Both the position numbers and the translations under genes were made by a program. This document shows, piece by piece, positions 50,633-62,080 of a stretch of DNA of 64,000 nt. The notes under the pieces are model-generated. The model saw nothing but the letters and a program-made list of their open reading frames with translations. It was not told the DNA's origin and searched no databases. This stretch comes from Negaprion brevirostris. Lineage: Eukaryota. The stretch spans positions 23,412,409-23,476,408 of the forward strand of contig JARDVH010000133.1 in NCBI GenBank assembly GCA_030324005.1, given 5' to 3'. Position 1 is the first letter of the stretch. Each line of letters opens with the position of its first letter.

Positions 50633-51059
50633 TTATTACACTCCCCCCACCCACCCCCGCAATTCAACTCGATTATTCACCCCGGCCTCAAAGCAAGGGA
50701 GAAAGTCACGGCTCTGTGCAGCAGCAGCAAGTCTCCCAGGTGATGAGTGTCGTGCGGCGTTGTTTGTCCCTCCTTCAAAGCGCCAACGTTTCTTCCACAC
50801 TTTGAAAGAGAAATTAAGGCTCCTTTGTTACCAATAGCACTGGCTGAGCGGTGCTGGTCGTGGTTTCGGATTGCTGCCTCCCAACGCCACACATGAGATA
50901 TCCAAGTACAAATAACACAGCATGTAGCAAAATCAGGAGTGCGGATCGAGTGCACCTATTAAAGAGAAACCAGCTCGTCTCCACTGCTGCTACTACTGCC
51001 GGCTCTCAGCTTGCTCTCTGAATGTGTGGCTATTGTGCACAAGCCAAGCCCTCCCCCGG

Positions 51060-51248
51060 TCCGCCGCGCCTGTCAATCACCCCGCTCCGGCTGACGTTCC
51101 ATTCTCCGCCGCGATTGTCAATCAAACCCGAGCCGCTCTCCGGCTGACGTTCCATTCTCCGCCGCGCCTGTCAATCACCCCGCTCTGCGCGACGTTCCAT
51201 TCTCCGCCGCGCCTGTCAATCAAAGCCGCTCCGGGCGACGTTCCATTC
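51060..51248. repeat. Four-unit tandem repeat (45-53 bp) in the ORAI1 promoter
   Basis: Unit approximately CCGCCGCGCCTGTCAATCA..CCGCTCCGGCTGACGTTCCATTCT; (C/T)TGTCAATCA starts at 51070, 51115, 51168 and 51213. Confidence 0.9.
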
Positions 51249-51392
51249 CGGGTGCCCGCGAGACTGAGTCAAACTCTGACCCAGATTCGCTTGGCCGCAC
51301 GAGGCGCCTTCCCTCCCTCCCTCCTTCCCTCCCCATCCTGAGCCATTGGCTCGTCTTATTGCCGCCTCTGCCAGCTTGTGGTAAGCATTGCA

Positions 51393-51413
51393 GATGATGA
51401 TGATGATGATGAT
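51393..51413. repeat. (GAT)7 microsatellite
   Basis: Direct reading of the sequence. Confidence 0.9.
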
Positions 51414-53487
51414 GTAGGAAGGACTTGAAAGTGTTTTGCATATAAACGGCTCTGTAACCTTATGGTGCCGGGGGCGGACTCCGGGGATTTTTTTTTCTCT
51501 TTTTCCTCCCATTTTGGACCCCCCCCCCTCCTCTTCCCTCCAACACAACACACTAACCTCCCATTGCAGCCCTCATAGAAGGAAAATCCAGCCGGTACCC
51601 AAGTAAGTTAGTCCGATTAATAATAATGCGTTTGGTTTGTACACATGGCCTTTTAGTCAGGGTCACTTTGAACATACACTGGGAAAGGGTCAAGAGATTT
51701 ATTTATTTTAGGAAAAAAATAGTTTGTTTTAAAGCATTTTCCCGATTGATATTTTTCGCCTAACACGAGATTAAAGCCGCATGGTAACGTTTGAATTGTA
51801 CCTTTATTTATTTTTTTAAATATATGAATAACACTAAATAGTGGTTTGAGGGTGTGGGAAAGCATGGCAGTGCTGGCGTCTGGACTTGCCAGGCCCCTGA
51901 ACGGAAATCCTGGGGATAAGAGGTTCTGAATATTTTCCTCATAATTTCAATTTTGTCTTTTTCATTTTGGTGAAAATCGTGATTTCTTTAACTATCTGTG
52001 ATTTGAGTTCATCCAGGATGTTCTGAATTGTAATGGTATTCTCCTGACTTCCATGTGTGGGCCTTTTGGGGGGGGGGGGGGGGGNNNNNNNNNNNNNNNN
52101 NNNNNNNNNNNNNNNNNNNNNNNNNNNNNNNNNNNNNNNNNNNNNNNNNNNNNNNNNNNNNNNNNNNNNNNNNNNNNNNNNNNNNNNNNNNNNNNNNNNN
52201 NNNNNNNNNNNNNNNNNNNNNNNNNNNNNNNNNNNNNNNNNNNNNNNNNNNNNNNNNNNNNNNNNNNNNNNNNNNNNNNNNNNNNNNNNNNNNNNNNNNN
52301 NNNNNNNNNNNNNNNNNNNNNNNNNNNNNNNNNNNNNNNNNNNNNNNNNNNNNNNNNNNNNNNNNNNNNNNNNNNNNNNNNNNNNNNNNNNNNNNNNNNN
52401 NNNNNGATTGGTCAGATTGACTTTCCTGTATCTACCTAGAAAATTCCAAAAATGTAAATCAAAATATCACTTTTTTTAGTCTCTGTGGTCCTGTTAAGAA
52501 TATGGTGTGTCCAGGAGACAATGCTGCTTTTCCCAATCTGACATGCAGCATCTCTGTAGCAGCCACAGTTTTGACATTTGTCAATTTTGCCTTAATTGAT
52601 GGAGCTGTTCTGGCTTTTTTGATGTTTGTACCAAATGCTTACAGCCAAAGCTTCTGCCAGGTGATGTTTTGGATTTGGCATGAAAGTATGGGTTAATGTA
52701 CTGTACAAGGGTTGTGTTCCTGATTTTCAGTTGTGTTGATGATGTATTTCCCTAGAGGAAGGGATAGAAAGTTGAAGGGTTGTCTGGTGAGGTGACTCAT
52801 TTGTTTATTGGCATTGAGCTGGTGGGCACCTCACACAGATTGCTTCATGTCCTCTTGATTCTTATTAAGTCTGTAACATTGTACAAGAGTTACAAGTGTG
52901 GGAGAAAATATTTTGAATCCGTTTTTTTCCTATAATCAATTTGATTGGTGATGTATTTTAAATGGAAACTGCATTTGTTATTAAAGGGAATGAATGGATC
53001 TTGCTGGGGCCTTGTCATGTGTGGAGTTTCACAGGTTATGTATTGGAACAACTGCAGTTTGGAGGTGGATGCAAACAAAAGCATTTCAAATTTCCTGATA
53101 TCTTGAAAATTTACATGGTGTCCATTATTGCAGGACAATTTGGATGAGCTTAGGTGTGAAGGTCCCATAAGTGGCAATGTGAGCTAATATGGGCAAGTGC
53201 AATCTCATGAACTTGGGTTTGGACAACTTCTAGCTTGTTACACCACTTACAAATGCAGAGTAAAGATAATCAAGAAAGAACCCTGGCAGCATTGATTGTA
53301 ACTTATTAAAGATACACAAGCAGTGTAAGTGATTATAAGGAAAAATAGGGTTCAATTATCTGACTATAAGAGTATAAAATATACATGTAGGCCAGCCTGT
53401 ATGTTCAGACAAATGCAAAAGATCCCATGGCATTATTTGAAGCACAACAAGGAGATCCCCATTGTCCTATGGCCACTTCCATTCACT

Positions 53488-54258
53488 GTGTAGGGAAGTC
53501 TTGCTGCAACTGTACAAGGTACTGGTGAGACCACATTTGCCATACTGTGGGCAGTTTTGATCCCCCAATTTAAGGAAAAATGTTATTTCGTTAGAGGCAG
53601 TTCAGAGGAGGTTCACGAGGATGATCCTGGTATGAAGGGATTGTCATATGAAGAAAGGTAATACAGGTTGGCACTCTACTCATTGGAATTTAGAAGAATG
53701 AGAAGTGATCTATTGAAACATATCCTATATAGTGGGTGGCGCAGTGGTTAACACTGCTCCCTCACAGTGCCAAGGATTCGGGTTTGATTCCTGGCTTGGG
53801 TCACTATCTTAGTGGAGTCTGCATATTCTCCCCTTTTCAGCGTGGGTTTCCACCGGGTGCTCTGGTTTCCTCCCACAGTCTGAAAGATGGATAAGTGCAA
53901 TTGCCATGCTAAATTCTCCCTCAGAGTACCCAAACAGATGCCAGAGTGTGGACAGTAGGGGATTTTCACAATAACTTCTAGGACCAGAATAAAGGAGTGC
54001 CAATTTCAGACTGAAATGAAGTGAAATTTCTTCTCTGAGAGTTGAGGGTCTTTGGAACTCCTTGCCATAGAAAGCTGTGGAGGCAGAGTCAGTGTGTATA
54101 TTTAAGGCTGAGATAGATAGATAGATTTTGATCAGTAAGGGAATCAAGAGTTATGAGAAAGTGGACATGAGGAATGTTAGTTGGATCAGCGATGACCTTA
54201 ATGAATGGTGGAGCAGGCTCGAGGGGCCTATTCCTGTTCCTATTTTATATGGTCTTGT
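53488..54258 (+). mobile_element. CR1 LINE 3' end with a nested type-B V-SINE (53734-53978)
   Basis: LQLYKVLVRPHLPYCGQF*SP..VQRRFTRMI coding, resuming after the SINE with FFSLRVEGLWNSLP and a CR1 tail. Confidence 0.8.
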
Positions 54259-54757
54259 GTATTTCGGTGATCTCGGCCTACAGGACTTGGCACAATACTA
54301 AAATATGAGGTATAGTTAATTATTTAGAAAAAGCAAAGGCAGTTGCAAAACACTTTTGACTTGATGGAAAATGAAATACAATGTCAGTAATGTGAGGTAA
54401 TTTTAATTAAATAGCACTAATTATAATTTGAATACAATTGCTCTTTATTGTGAAACAACGAAGATCTGGGGTTCCTTTAATTTGATACTAAGGAAGCATT
54501 CATGTAGATTTTAAAGGGTTGGATTTTATGTAGGAGATATAGAATGTAAAAACTAAGACATAATGATACAGGAAAGATATTCAGGCTTTAGAAAAGGTGC
54601 AGTGCAGTTCACGGGTGTTTGGGATGGGGAAGTACAAATATGAAGAAAGGCTTGAAATACTGGGTCATGGATACACATAACTCGATATGGTGCTGTGCAT
54701 GTTCACACCACCTCTGATTTTGAGGATCCCAGGAGGAATCTGTGAAAGTAGAATCAT

Positions 54758-55236
54758 GGCTTGGTGGGACAGTGATTAGCACTGCTGCCTCTCAGTGCCA
54801 GAGACCCAGGTTCAGTTCCGGCCTCAGGTCTCTGTATGTGTGGAGCTTGCACATTCTCCCTGTGTCTGCGTGTATTTCCTCTGGGTGCTCTGGTTTTCTC
54901 CCACGCTCCAAAGATGTGCAGGTTAGGTGGAGTAGCCATGCCAAATTGCCCATTAGTGTCAGGGAGATTAGCAGGGTAAAGTGCAGGTTGCTGGAGGAGC
55001 TNNNNNNNNNNNNNNNNNNNNNNNNNNNNNNNNNNNNNNNNNNNNNNNNNNNNNNNNNNNNNNNNNNNNNNNNNNNNNNNNNNNNNNNNNNNNNNNNNNN
55101 NGGCTCGAAGGGCTAGATGGCCTACTCCTGCTCCTATTTCTTATGTTCTTATATGGGATTAAGGGGATGGAGTCTGGTTGGGATTGTTGTTGGTGTAGGC
55201 TTGATGGGCCAAATGCACTAGGAATTCTATTCTATA
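54758..55236 (+). mobile_element. V-SINE tail A, interrupted by a young CR1 end and a gap (~54985-55152)
   Basis: Head and V-domain at 54758-54980; SINE tail resumes at ATATGGGATTAAGGGG..GGGCCAAATGCAC..ATTCTATTCTAT. Confidence 0.7.
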
Positions 55237-55574
55237 ATTCTTGGCAGATGTTAAAAACCTGCCAAAGGATATTCTGGTGGAAGCTGAATGAGGAAGCAGG
55301 GAGCATGAAGCAGCACAGATAGGAAGGAAATGATTATAAGGGCAATTTATCTTGCAGTACTATCTTTTACTATAATAAGAAACTTCTGCTTTGTACAACA
55401 AAACAAAAATCAGCCGCTGGAAAATCTGATCCAATGGAAAATTGGGGCTGTATCCTCATAAACTTCAATTATTTTCATTGTTCATAACACAATGTGCAAG
55501 ATCTGTATTAATGCTTCGCTATTTTAATATAACAGTTTTGAAGTGAAACTTTATCAAGTATCTTTAACACATGA

Positions 55575-55784
55575 AACCAAAGGAGAAAATGCTGGAAAAT
55601 CTCAGCAGGTCTGGCAGCGCCTGTAAGGAGAGAAAAGATCTGATGTTTCGATTCCAGATGACCCGTTGGAGTCTGGACTCAACATCAGCTCTTTTCTCTT
55701 CTTACAGTTGCTGTCAGACCTGCTGAGATTTTCCAGCATTTTCTCTTTTGGTTTCAGATTCCAGTATCCGCAGTAATTTGCTTT
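55575..55784. mobile_element. Palindromic Penelope-derived element with 16-bp target duplication
   Basis: Inverted arms AAACCAAAGGAGAAAATGCTGGAAAATCTCAGCAGGTCTG / CAGACCTGCTGAGATTTTCCAGCATTTTCTCTTTTGGTTT; flanks TATCTTTAACAC(A/G)TGA at 55559-55574 and 55785-55800. Confidence 0.8.
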
Positions 55785-56444
55785 TATCTTTAACACGTGA
55801 TTGTTCTGAGACTGTGTCGGTCAATCAAATTGCTTATAAAAACAAAATCCTTTAATCATCAGATTTTTCTTTTCTCTATTTTTGACGCGATTTTAAAAAA
55901 TAAAACAAGATCCCACAAGTGGATGAATAACTCATTTGGCGATGTTTGAGATAGTCACTGGGATATCAGAGCTCTGCTCTTTAATTAGTGCCATGGAATA
56001 CCTAAGCAAGCATGTATATGTTTTAACATTTCACCCAAAAATGGCGCTTCCAGCTTTGCAGCACTTCCTCAGAACTGCATTGATGTGTCAGTCTAGGTTG
56101 TACGTTCTGGTCTTTAGTGAAAATCTACCATCTTTTGGTTTGATTGAGAGTGTCACTAACTGAGTCAAGCTGACACGTAAGGGAGTCATAATTGAACTCT
56201 GACACTTTCCCCAGTTAACACCATTTGATCTGCACATAAACTGATCCACTGTAGTCTTTGGAAAGGCTTAACATTCAAATCTAATGATTTTGGATTAATG
56301 TTATTAGATGTTATTTTAAATATAAGCAGTGCTGCTTTTTCCTTTGCCATAGGCCCTCTAAGAAAACTTTATCAACATCTCAAAGATTAAATTAGTTGTT
56401 TTCATTTTACTTTCTGAATTTATAGCTCCACCTCCACTTTTTTA

Positions 56445-56820
56445 ATTTCATGGAACACGGACATTGCAGGCAAAGCCTGGACTTGTTGCTTTCCTTAATT
56501 ACCCTTGAACTGAATGACTTGTTGGGCCATTTCAGAAGGCAATTAAGAGTCGACCACATTGCTGTGGGTCTGGAGTTGCATGTAGGCTAGACTAGGTACG
56601 GATGGCAGACTTCCTTCCCAAAAGGGTGAAGCAGATGGATTTTTACGACTGTCAAATCATTGTCAGTTACTGAGATTGGACTAGCTGTATTTTCCAGATT
56701 TATTTAGTTAATTAATTGGATTCAAATTCCACATGCTGCCATAGCGGGATTTAAACCCAGTGTCAGCAGAGCATTAGCCTGGACTTCTAGATTACCCGTC
56801 CAGTGAAATTACCCGCTACA
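56445..56820 (-). mobile_element. tRNA-derived SINE (same family as the split copy at 26462/28667)
   Basis: Internal homology described above; tail is shared with the LINE at 33918-34445. Confidence 0.6.
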
Positions 56821-57174
56821 ATCTTCCCCCAGTCCACCGCGCCATGCATTCATTTAATTTTATTTCATTATTCAGAATCCCAGTTGAAATGAGGTTTTTG
56901 CCCTTTCAGCTCTCTGTCTCAATAATGTCACTTTTTATGCCTTTAATTCACTCATTAAAAGTATGCTTCACAGATTCATTTCTTTTCAGATCAGGTTGGC
57001 TGTTAATTTATCATTTCATTTTAAACATTATTTCTCACTCTTAATGAGAAGGGATGCTGCACTCTGCTTGAAAACCTTTTATTTAAATTTCTGATTCAAT
57101 CTACTTTATCTCCAAAAATTTGACTTTTTATATCTGACAACTGTGCAGATGTAATTTTTTTAAATGGTAAACAT

Positions 57175-58015
57175 CGAGAAACATAGGACAGTACAGGCCC
57201 TTCAGCCCTTGGCGTTGTGCCGAGCTGTGTCTGAACCCAAGATCAAACTATCCCACTACCTATCATTCTGGTGTGTTCCACGTGCCTATCCAATATCCGC
57301 TTGAAAGTTCCTAAAGTGTCCGACTCCACTATCACAGCAGGCAGTGCATTCCACACCCCAACCACTCTTTGAGTAAAGAANNNNNNNNNNNNNNNNNNNN
57401 NNNNNNNNNNNNNNNNNNNNNNNNNNNNNNNNNNNNNNNNNNNNNNNNNNNNNNNNNNNNNNNNNNNNNNNNNNNNNNNNNNNNNNNNNNNNNNNNNNNN
57501 NNNNNNNNNNNNNNNNNNNNNNNNNNNNNNNNNNNNNNNNNNNNNNNNNNNNNNNNNNNNNNNNNNNNNNNNNNNNNNNNNNNNNNNNNNNNNNNNNNNN
57601 NNNNNNNNNNNNNNNNNNNNNNNNNNNNNNNNNNNCCTTCTTAGAGTGAGGTGATTAGAACTGCACATAATATTCCAAATGTGGTCTCACCAAGATCCTG
57701 TACAGTTGCAGCATAACCCCATGACTCTTAAACTCAAACCCCCTGTTAATAAACGCTAACATTCTGTAAGCCTTCTTCATGGCTCTATCCACTTGAAGTG
57801 GCAACCTTCAGAGATCTGTGGCTATGAGCCCCAAGATCTCTCTGTTCCTCCACATTCTTCAGAACCCTGCCATTGACGTTGTAATCTGCATTTAAGTTTG
57901 TCCTACCAAAATGAATCACCTTGCACTTATCAGGGTTAAATTTCAGCCGCCACTTTTTGGCCCAGCTCTGCATCCTATCAATGTCTCTTTGCAGCCTACA
58001 AGAGCCCTCCACCTC
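57175..58015 (-). mobile_element. CR1 LINE 3' portion
   Basis: ORFs LQRDIDRMQSWAKKWRLKFNPDKCKVIHFGR..EEQRDLG and FFTQRVVGVWNALP. Confidence 0.9.
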
Positions 58016-59097
58016 AATACTACTCCATACATAATATGCATTGAGGCTTGCTGCACAGGAATAGTCTATGTAATAGGACTTTTTTTAAAGAATGCAACTT
58101 TTCATATGCCTTTAGACTTCTCTTCCCATGCCTATGGCATATAGGTAGACAAAGCATGTGGTTATGTCTGTTTCCATAGCCGGTTTTCCTGGCACAGATC
58201 ATTGGCCTACTCCATATTAAGACTGATCAGGAGACTCCTCACCTTCACCACCTGTCATAGGTTGGTTTTCCACCTGTAAGTCCTTCCAATAAACCTGTTT
58301 GGCCACATTATAAATGCATCTTCCACGGCCATCAAATCCTGCAAAGAAGCTTGAACCCAGAGCTTCTGAGATGCATCACAAGACTTTCCCTAACTTTAGG
58401 CTGGTATGCAAAATTTCTACTAATGCCTTGATCACATCTATTCTCCTTGGAGTATCTCTATTTGTTTAAATATAGGTTACATGACAAGGAGCATGGTTAG
58501 AGAAGATATTTTATATAATAGTGTGTATATTTTATTGGCTTAACAACAAATATCAATTATTTCACAAAGGCTACTTGAAGTAAATCAAAAGATTATTGTT
58601 ATTGATAGATTTTATTGTGTTATCTTAGTCTGAAAGGTGTCAAATTTTACTTTATAATGCTTTGTCTTGGTGTGTTTTATGTTAAAGGTGCTTTATAAAT
58701 ACAACTTGTGTTATTTTTAGACTGGCACTGATACCAATTTAACATAACAGAATAAAAATTAAGGCCATGAATCAGAGGTTGGCACAGATCTATGTTTGAA
58801 ATTGCTTAGGGATGTTAATGGTATGTGCTTTATGTGATAGCGATTATTTTTTCAACTTGGGTAGGAGGAACAAGTTTTCTCTATTTTAAAATAAATACAA
58901 ATCACTCCTTAATGGCTCAGCTAAAGCAGCGAGTAGCTGAACCATACAGAGGGAAAGATATGAAGCTTGATCTCTAAATTGCACCAAATCTTGGCAATTC
59001 TAGGGTAGGAAAGGGAAATCACCAGAGGATTTCAACTCCTGATGACTAATAAGCCAGAAACACCATGTGAGGAAGGGTTACAATCAGCAGTAGAGTT

Positions 59098-59419
59098 CAT
59101 AGAATCATAGAATCTACAGTGCAGAAGGAGGCCACTTGGCCTACCAAGCCTGCACCCACAACAATCCCACCCAGGTCCTATCCCCATAACCCCACACATT
59201 TACCCTGCTAATCCTCCTGACACCAACAGTCAATTCAGCATGGCGAATCAACCTAACCCACACATCTTTGGATTGTGGGAGGAAACCGGTACACCTGGAA
59301 GAAATCCATACAAACACGGGAAGAATATGCAAACTCCACACTGACAGTGACCTGAAGCTGGAATCAAACCTGGTCTCTGGCACTCTGAGGCAGTAGTGTT
59401 AACCACTGTGCCACCCATG
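59098..59419 (-). mobile_element. V-SINE, tail type A
   Basis: CATAGAATCATAGAATCTACAGTGCAGAAGGAGGCC tail through the head ending AACCACTGTGCCACC. Confidence 0.85.
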
Positions 59420-60025
59420 TTTTACAATTCTGCTGTTGCTCCTTTTGGTGATAATGCATTCAGTAGTACAATAAAATCTTCAAATGCGAGAGCTGTATAT
59501 GACTGAAAATTTACAATATCCCAACATCATATTTGTGTGGCATCAATGGTTTTTCTGATTAAAAACAAATAAATTTCACCTTCTACTGGGAGACACTTTG
59601 ACCCCAGATTTCAGAAGCTTTTGATTTTTCAGACCATTTGAGAAAGCTTCCTTAAACTTCACTGATGCATTAGTAACTGTGCACCTAATGCGGTGTAAGG
59701 CATAATGACCCAGAAAGTCCCAAGATTGATTGCTGGTTTGCTATGAGTTAGTTGTTCTCTGCTAGTGTAAAGATAAGAATTTAGTTCTACTTTTGTACAG
59801 CTGAAAGAACACAGATCGTGGCTCTTTATGGCTGCTATGTTTTTTATAGAAAGAAGAAAAGATAAAAAAGATTTGCACATATATAGTGTCTTTCACAACC
59901 TCAGGTTTTTACAGCCTTTAGTGTTTTCTAGCCAATTAAGTATTTCTGAAGTGTAGTGACTGTTGCAAATGTAGGAAATGCAGAAAATTCTGTTCCTTGG
60001 CCCAAATCAGTTTGAGCTTTGAGTG

Positions 60026-60340
60026 AGCAATGGCACAGTGGTTAACACTGCTATCTCACAATGCCAAGGACCCGGGATCGATTCCGGCCTTGGGTGACAG
60101 TGTGGAGTTTGCATGTTCTCGCTGTGTCCGTGTGGGTTTTCTCAAGGTACTCCAGTTTCCCCCCACAATCCAAAGATTGCAGGTCAGGTGGATTGGCCAT
60201 GTTCAATTGCCTGATAGTGTCCTAAAATGTGAGGTTACAGGGATAGAGTGGGGAAAAGGACCTGAGTAAGGTACTCTGTCAGAGAGAGTTGGTGCAGACT
60301 TGTGGGCCGAATGGCCTCCTTCTGCACTCTAAGGATTCTG
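60026..60340 (+). mobile_element. V-SINE, tail type A
   Basis: TGGCACAGTGGTTAACACTG head; GGGCCGAATGGCCTCCTTCTGCACT tail. Confidence 0.8.
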
Positions 60341-60394
60341 AGAGGCAGTTCCTACAAATTTTAAATCTGTACTAGATTTTTTTTGTTTAAATTT

Positions 60395-60752
60395 GTCACC
60401 GCTGTAATGTAGAAGCTGTTGCACCTAATTTGCTCACAGCAAGGTTTTATAAAGAACAATGAGACAGTGACCAAATAATCTATCTTTAATTATGTTGATT
60501 GAGGGATAAAAATTGGCCTGAACACCCCTGCTCTTATTGGAATTAGTGCCATGGGATTCCATACATCCACCTGAGCTAGCAGACGAACCTTGGTTTAATT
60601 TCTTATCTGAAAGACCGTAGCCCTGGCAGTGTAGTGCTCCCTCCACAATGCACTGAACTGTCAGCCTACGTTTTGTGCTGAAGTCTGTGTATTGGGTCTT
60701 GAACTCACAACCTTCTAACTCATGGAAGAGCTCTCCCATTGATCCAAGGCTG
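60395..60752 (-). mobile_element. Deu-domain SINE (inverse of 13474-13895)
   Basis: GTTGATTGAGGGATAAAAATTGGCC..GTGCCATGGGAT..CATCCACCTGAG..CTTGAACTCACAACCTTCT; matching tail-like sequence at ~59865-59985. Confidence 0.65.
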
Positions 60753-62080
60753 ACATTTTAATAATGTTGTTCATGGTGCTAACTTGAAGGCATCTTTGGC
60801 GTCTCTGCATGCACACATTTGCCGTACATATGCAGTCTTCCTCACCGGTTAGGTATAGGATAGCATGTCGAGGGGCATTCAAACTTTCCTTATCGTTTTT
60901 AGTAAGCCCCAGGCGTAAATTAAATCTTGAGATGACCAAGCAGTAATCAGATGCCAGATCTGATCTTTTTTAGGATTTAATCAAAAGAAGCCCCACAAAC
61001 CACACAGAATGTGCCATTAAAAGCAGGAAACAACTTTCTACTCCATGTGCTCCAAAACTGATATCGTAAGTGATTTAATCAAAAATATGAGGTGTTGGCT
61101 TGCTAAATGCATTCTGCTAACTAAAAGATCCCCTAAAGCTGGGAAAAGAACTCTCATTTTAGATTTGATTAATTTTTTTACATCAAGATTGTCCTTGACT
61201 GTGTTGTCTGCTTTGTCATGTTTGTAAGCTGGAAACAAAGCGAAAGTTTGGTCTCTGAGCCCATTCTGGATCTCTGTGTCCAGGGGTTGGCCAGATGGGT
61301 GCCAAACCGGGTTAGATGAGGATTTCGTGCCTGTATCCTGCCAAAGATGCCTTCATGTCAGCACCATGAACAACAGTGTTTGCTGTCAGCCTTGGATCAG
61401 TGGGAGCACTCTCAGTTGAATGAACCATTTAACATAATAAGCTTTGATGTTTACTGGGTTGCTGTTTTAATAAATTCCATTGTCTTAAACGATCATGATT
61501 AGTGCTTCATTTGAATTCTAAAATTGCATTTTCAAGAAGCATCTGGCATAGATTTAACCCCTTCCAGTTGAATTGAATTTATAATCAACATTTTACTACA
61601 AACTACATTGAAATTTTTCTTTGAAAAGTAATTGGCCCCCCAAAATTAGCAGACATTGTCTGTTTTATAGATGTGGAGAGCCATAATTAGGGCTTCAAAA
61701 GCCATGTCTAAAATAAATAGGTGTCAGTCTGTGCAAATAGCACGGTCATTGTTGAGTATGTCAACGAACAAGAAGGAATACATTCCTGACTTCATGCCAT
61801 GCAGATACAGCATCAGATTTTAGACAGCCTTTTCAGCACAATACCTATTGAGCAGGCCAGGATCCAATTACAGGATTCCTCTAAAACAATCGTGTTCACA
61901 AATGGATTTCTTGGTAGCCTTTCAACAAGGGTAAGGGAGTATTCCCAGGGTATTGGCCAAGAGTTTTTCCTCATCCTTCATTATTCAAAACAGAATACCT
62001 GTTCATTTATGTGGAACTTTGCTGTGCATAAATTGGCAGCATGTTTGCTTATCAACTATTTTTGAGGCTGCAAAGTACTT

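Larger units (their letters stand above)
50650..51500 (-). promoter_or_regulatory. CpG island / ORAI1 promoter and 5' UTR
   Basis: The only CpG-dense stretch in an otherwise CpG-depleted window; GC box GGGGCGGA (51471), ATTGG/CCAAT (51345), AP-1 TGAGTCA (51265-51271), TGACG half-sites. Confidence 0.8.

Noticed and set aside
50677-50955. 92-aa ORF as an Orai1-alpha-like N-terminal extension
   Set aside because: It starts at GTG, terminates before the ORAI1 ATG, is separated from it by in-frame stops and shows no Orai similarity.
51060-51248. CRISPR-like repeat/spacer appearance
   Set aside because: Units are contiguous tandem copies without unique spacers, in a eukaryotic promoter with no cas genes.
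51216-51553. ORFs with poly-His, poly-Ile or poly-Ser tracts
   Set aside because: These are translations of the (GAT)7 microsatellite in the promoter.
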